NCBI GenBank assembly: GCA_013043985.1
Contig: JABEVJ010000261.1
Span: forward strand, 1-34,278
Origin: Legionellales bacterium
GTDB lineage: Bacteria; Pseudomonadota; Gammaproteobacteria; UBA1113
Length of the DNA stretch: 34,278 nucleotides
Reading direction: 5' to 3'
The notes beneath the pieces were generated by a model. The model was not told the DNA's origin. It did no database searches and saw only the letters and a list, made by a program, of their open reading frames with translations. Shown piece after piece: positions 34,067-34,278 of the stretch. A program made the position numbers and the translations under genes. Each line of letters opens with the position of its first letter. Within the stretch, counting starts at the first letter, position 1.

Positions 34067-34118
34067 AAGCTAACGAACCATTGAGTCAAAGCACTTACCC
34101 CTTTTAACCCCAACAGCC
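34067..34118 (+). repeat. About 55-nt repeat, copy 2 (partner at 30243-30297)
   Basis: See the feature at 30243-30297. This copy lies about 100 nt upstream of the minus-strand gene 33423..33971. Confidence 0.7.
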
Positions 34119-34278
34119 AATAAAACAAAAAGCCAACTTGATTTTTAAGCTAAAAATATTTGGTGAAATTGATATCTGATATAGGACTTACGCATTGACA
34201 AGAATATGATAAAATGGCAGTTCTTAAAAAGGACTTGGCCGTGCTGCACAAAACAAAACCATCCACAGCGAAATGCAA

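Noticed and set aside
1-34278. tRNA or tmRNA gene, or an obvious att site marking an integration junction
   Set aside because: Reading the intergenic regions I saw no cloverleaf-compatible sequence and no T-loop GGTTCGAATCC-type motif. I cannot tell from this window alone whether the element is integrated or a plasmid.

Overview
This window looks like an accessory, mobile-element-type region, either a plasmid or an integrative element. The host appears to be a moderately AT-rich Gram-negative bacterium, but I cannot verify the taxon. No rRNA, tRNA or CRISPR is visible.

There are three blocks.

(1) About 0.35-17.3 kb is a dense block of predicted small-molecule or antibiotic-modifying and export genes. 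It holds three APH-type kinases, one of them fused to a methyltransferase and broken by a 133-bp MITE-like insertion. It also holds two aadA-like nucleotidyltransferases, several GNATs (one frameshifted), a class-C-like serine hydrolase, an esterase, an ABM monooxygenase, a DUF523 protein, a LysR regulator, an ABC exporter and an MFS exporter. Two clusters of six copies each of the octamer TGTAGAAG bracket this block.

(2) About 17.4-24.2 kb is a minus-strand maintenance block resembling a conjugative leading region. It carries a DUF3987 protein, a GNAT-toxin/antitoxin pair, an AAC(6')-like GNAT, a DUF1640 protein, ssb, an orphan N6-adenine methylase and hypothetical proteins.

(3) About 24.2-34.3 kb holds cargo genes (a double GNAT, a thioredoxin-fold protein, an AT-rich orphan). 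It also holds an RHH protein plus a pair of tyrosine-recombinase paralogues, one of which appears catalytically dead. A 1.27-kb ORF-free stretch follows, packed with short direct repeats, an AT-rich tract, long hairpins and DnaA boxes; this is a candidate origin. Beyond it lie kfrA-like, ada, a PEP-mutase-family gene and a hypothetical gene.

Several families of non-coding repeats recur between the intergenic regions.

All functional calls come from motif recognition by eye in the supplied translations. No database search was run.
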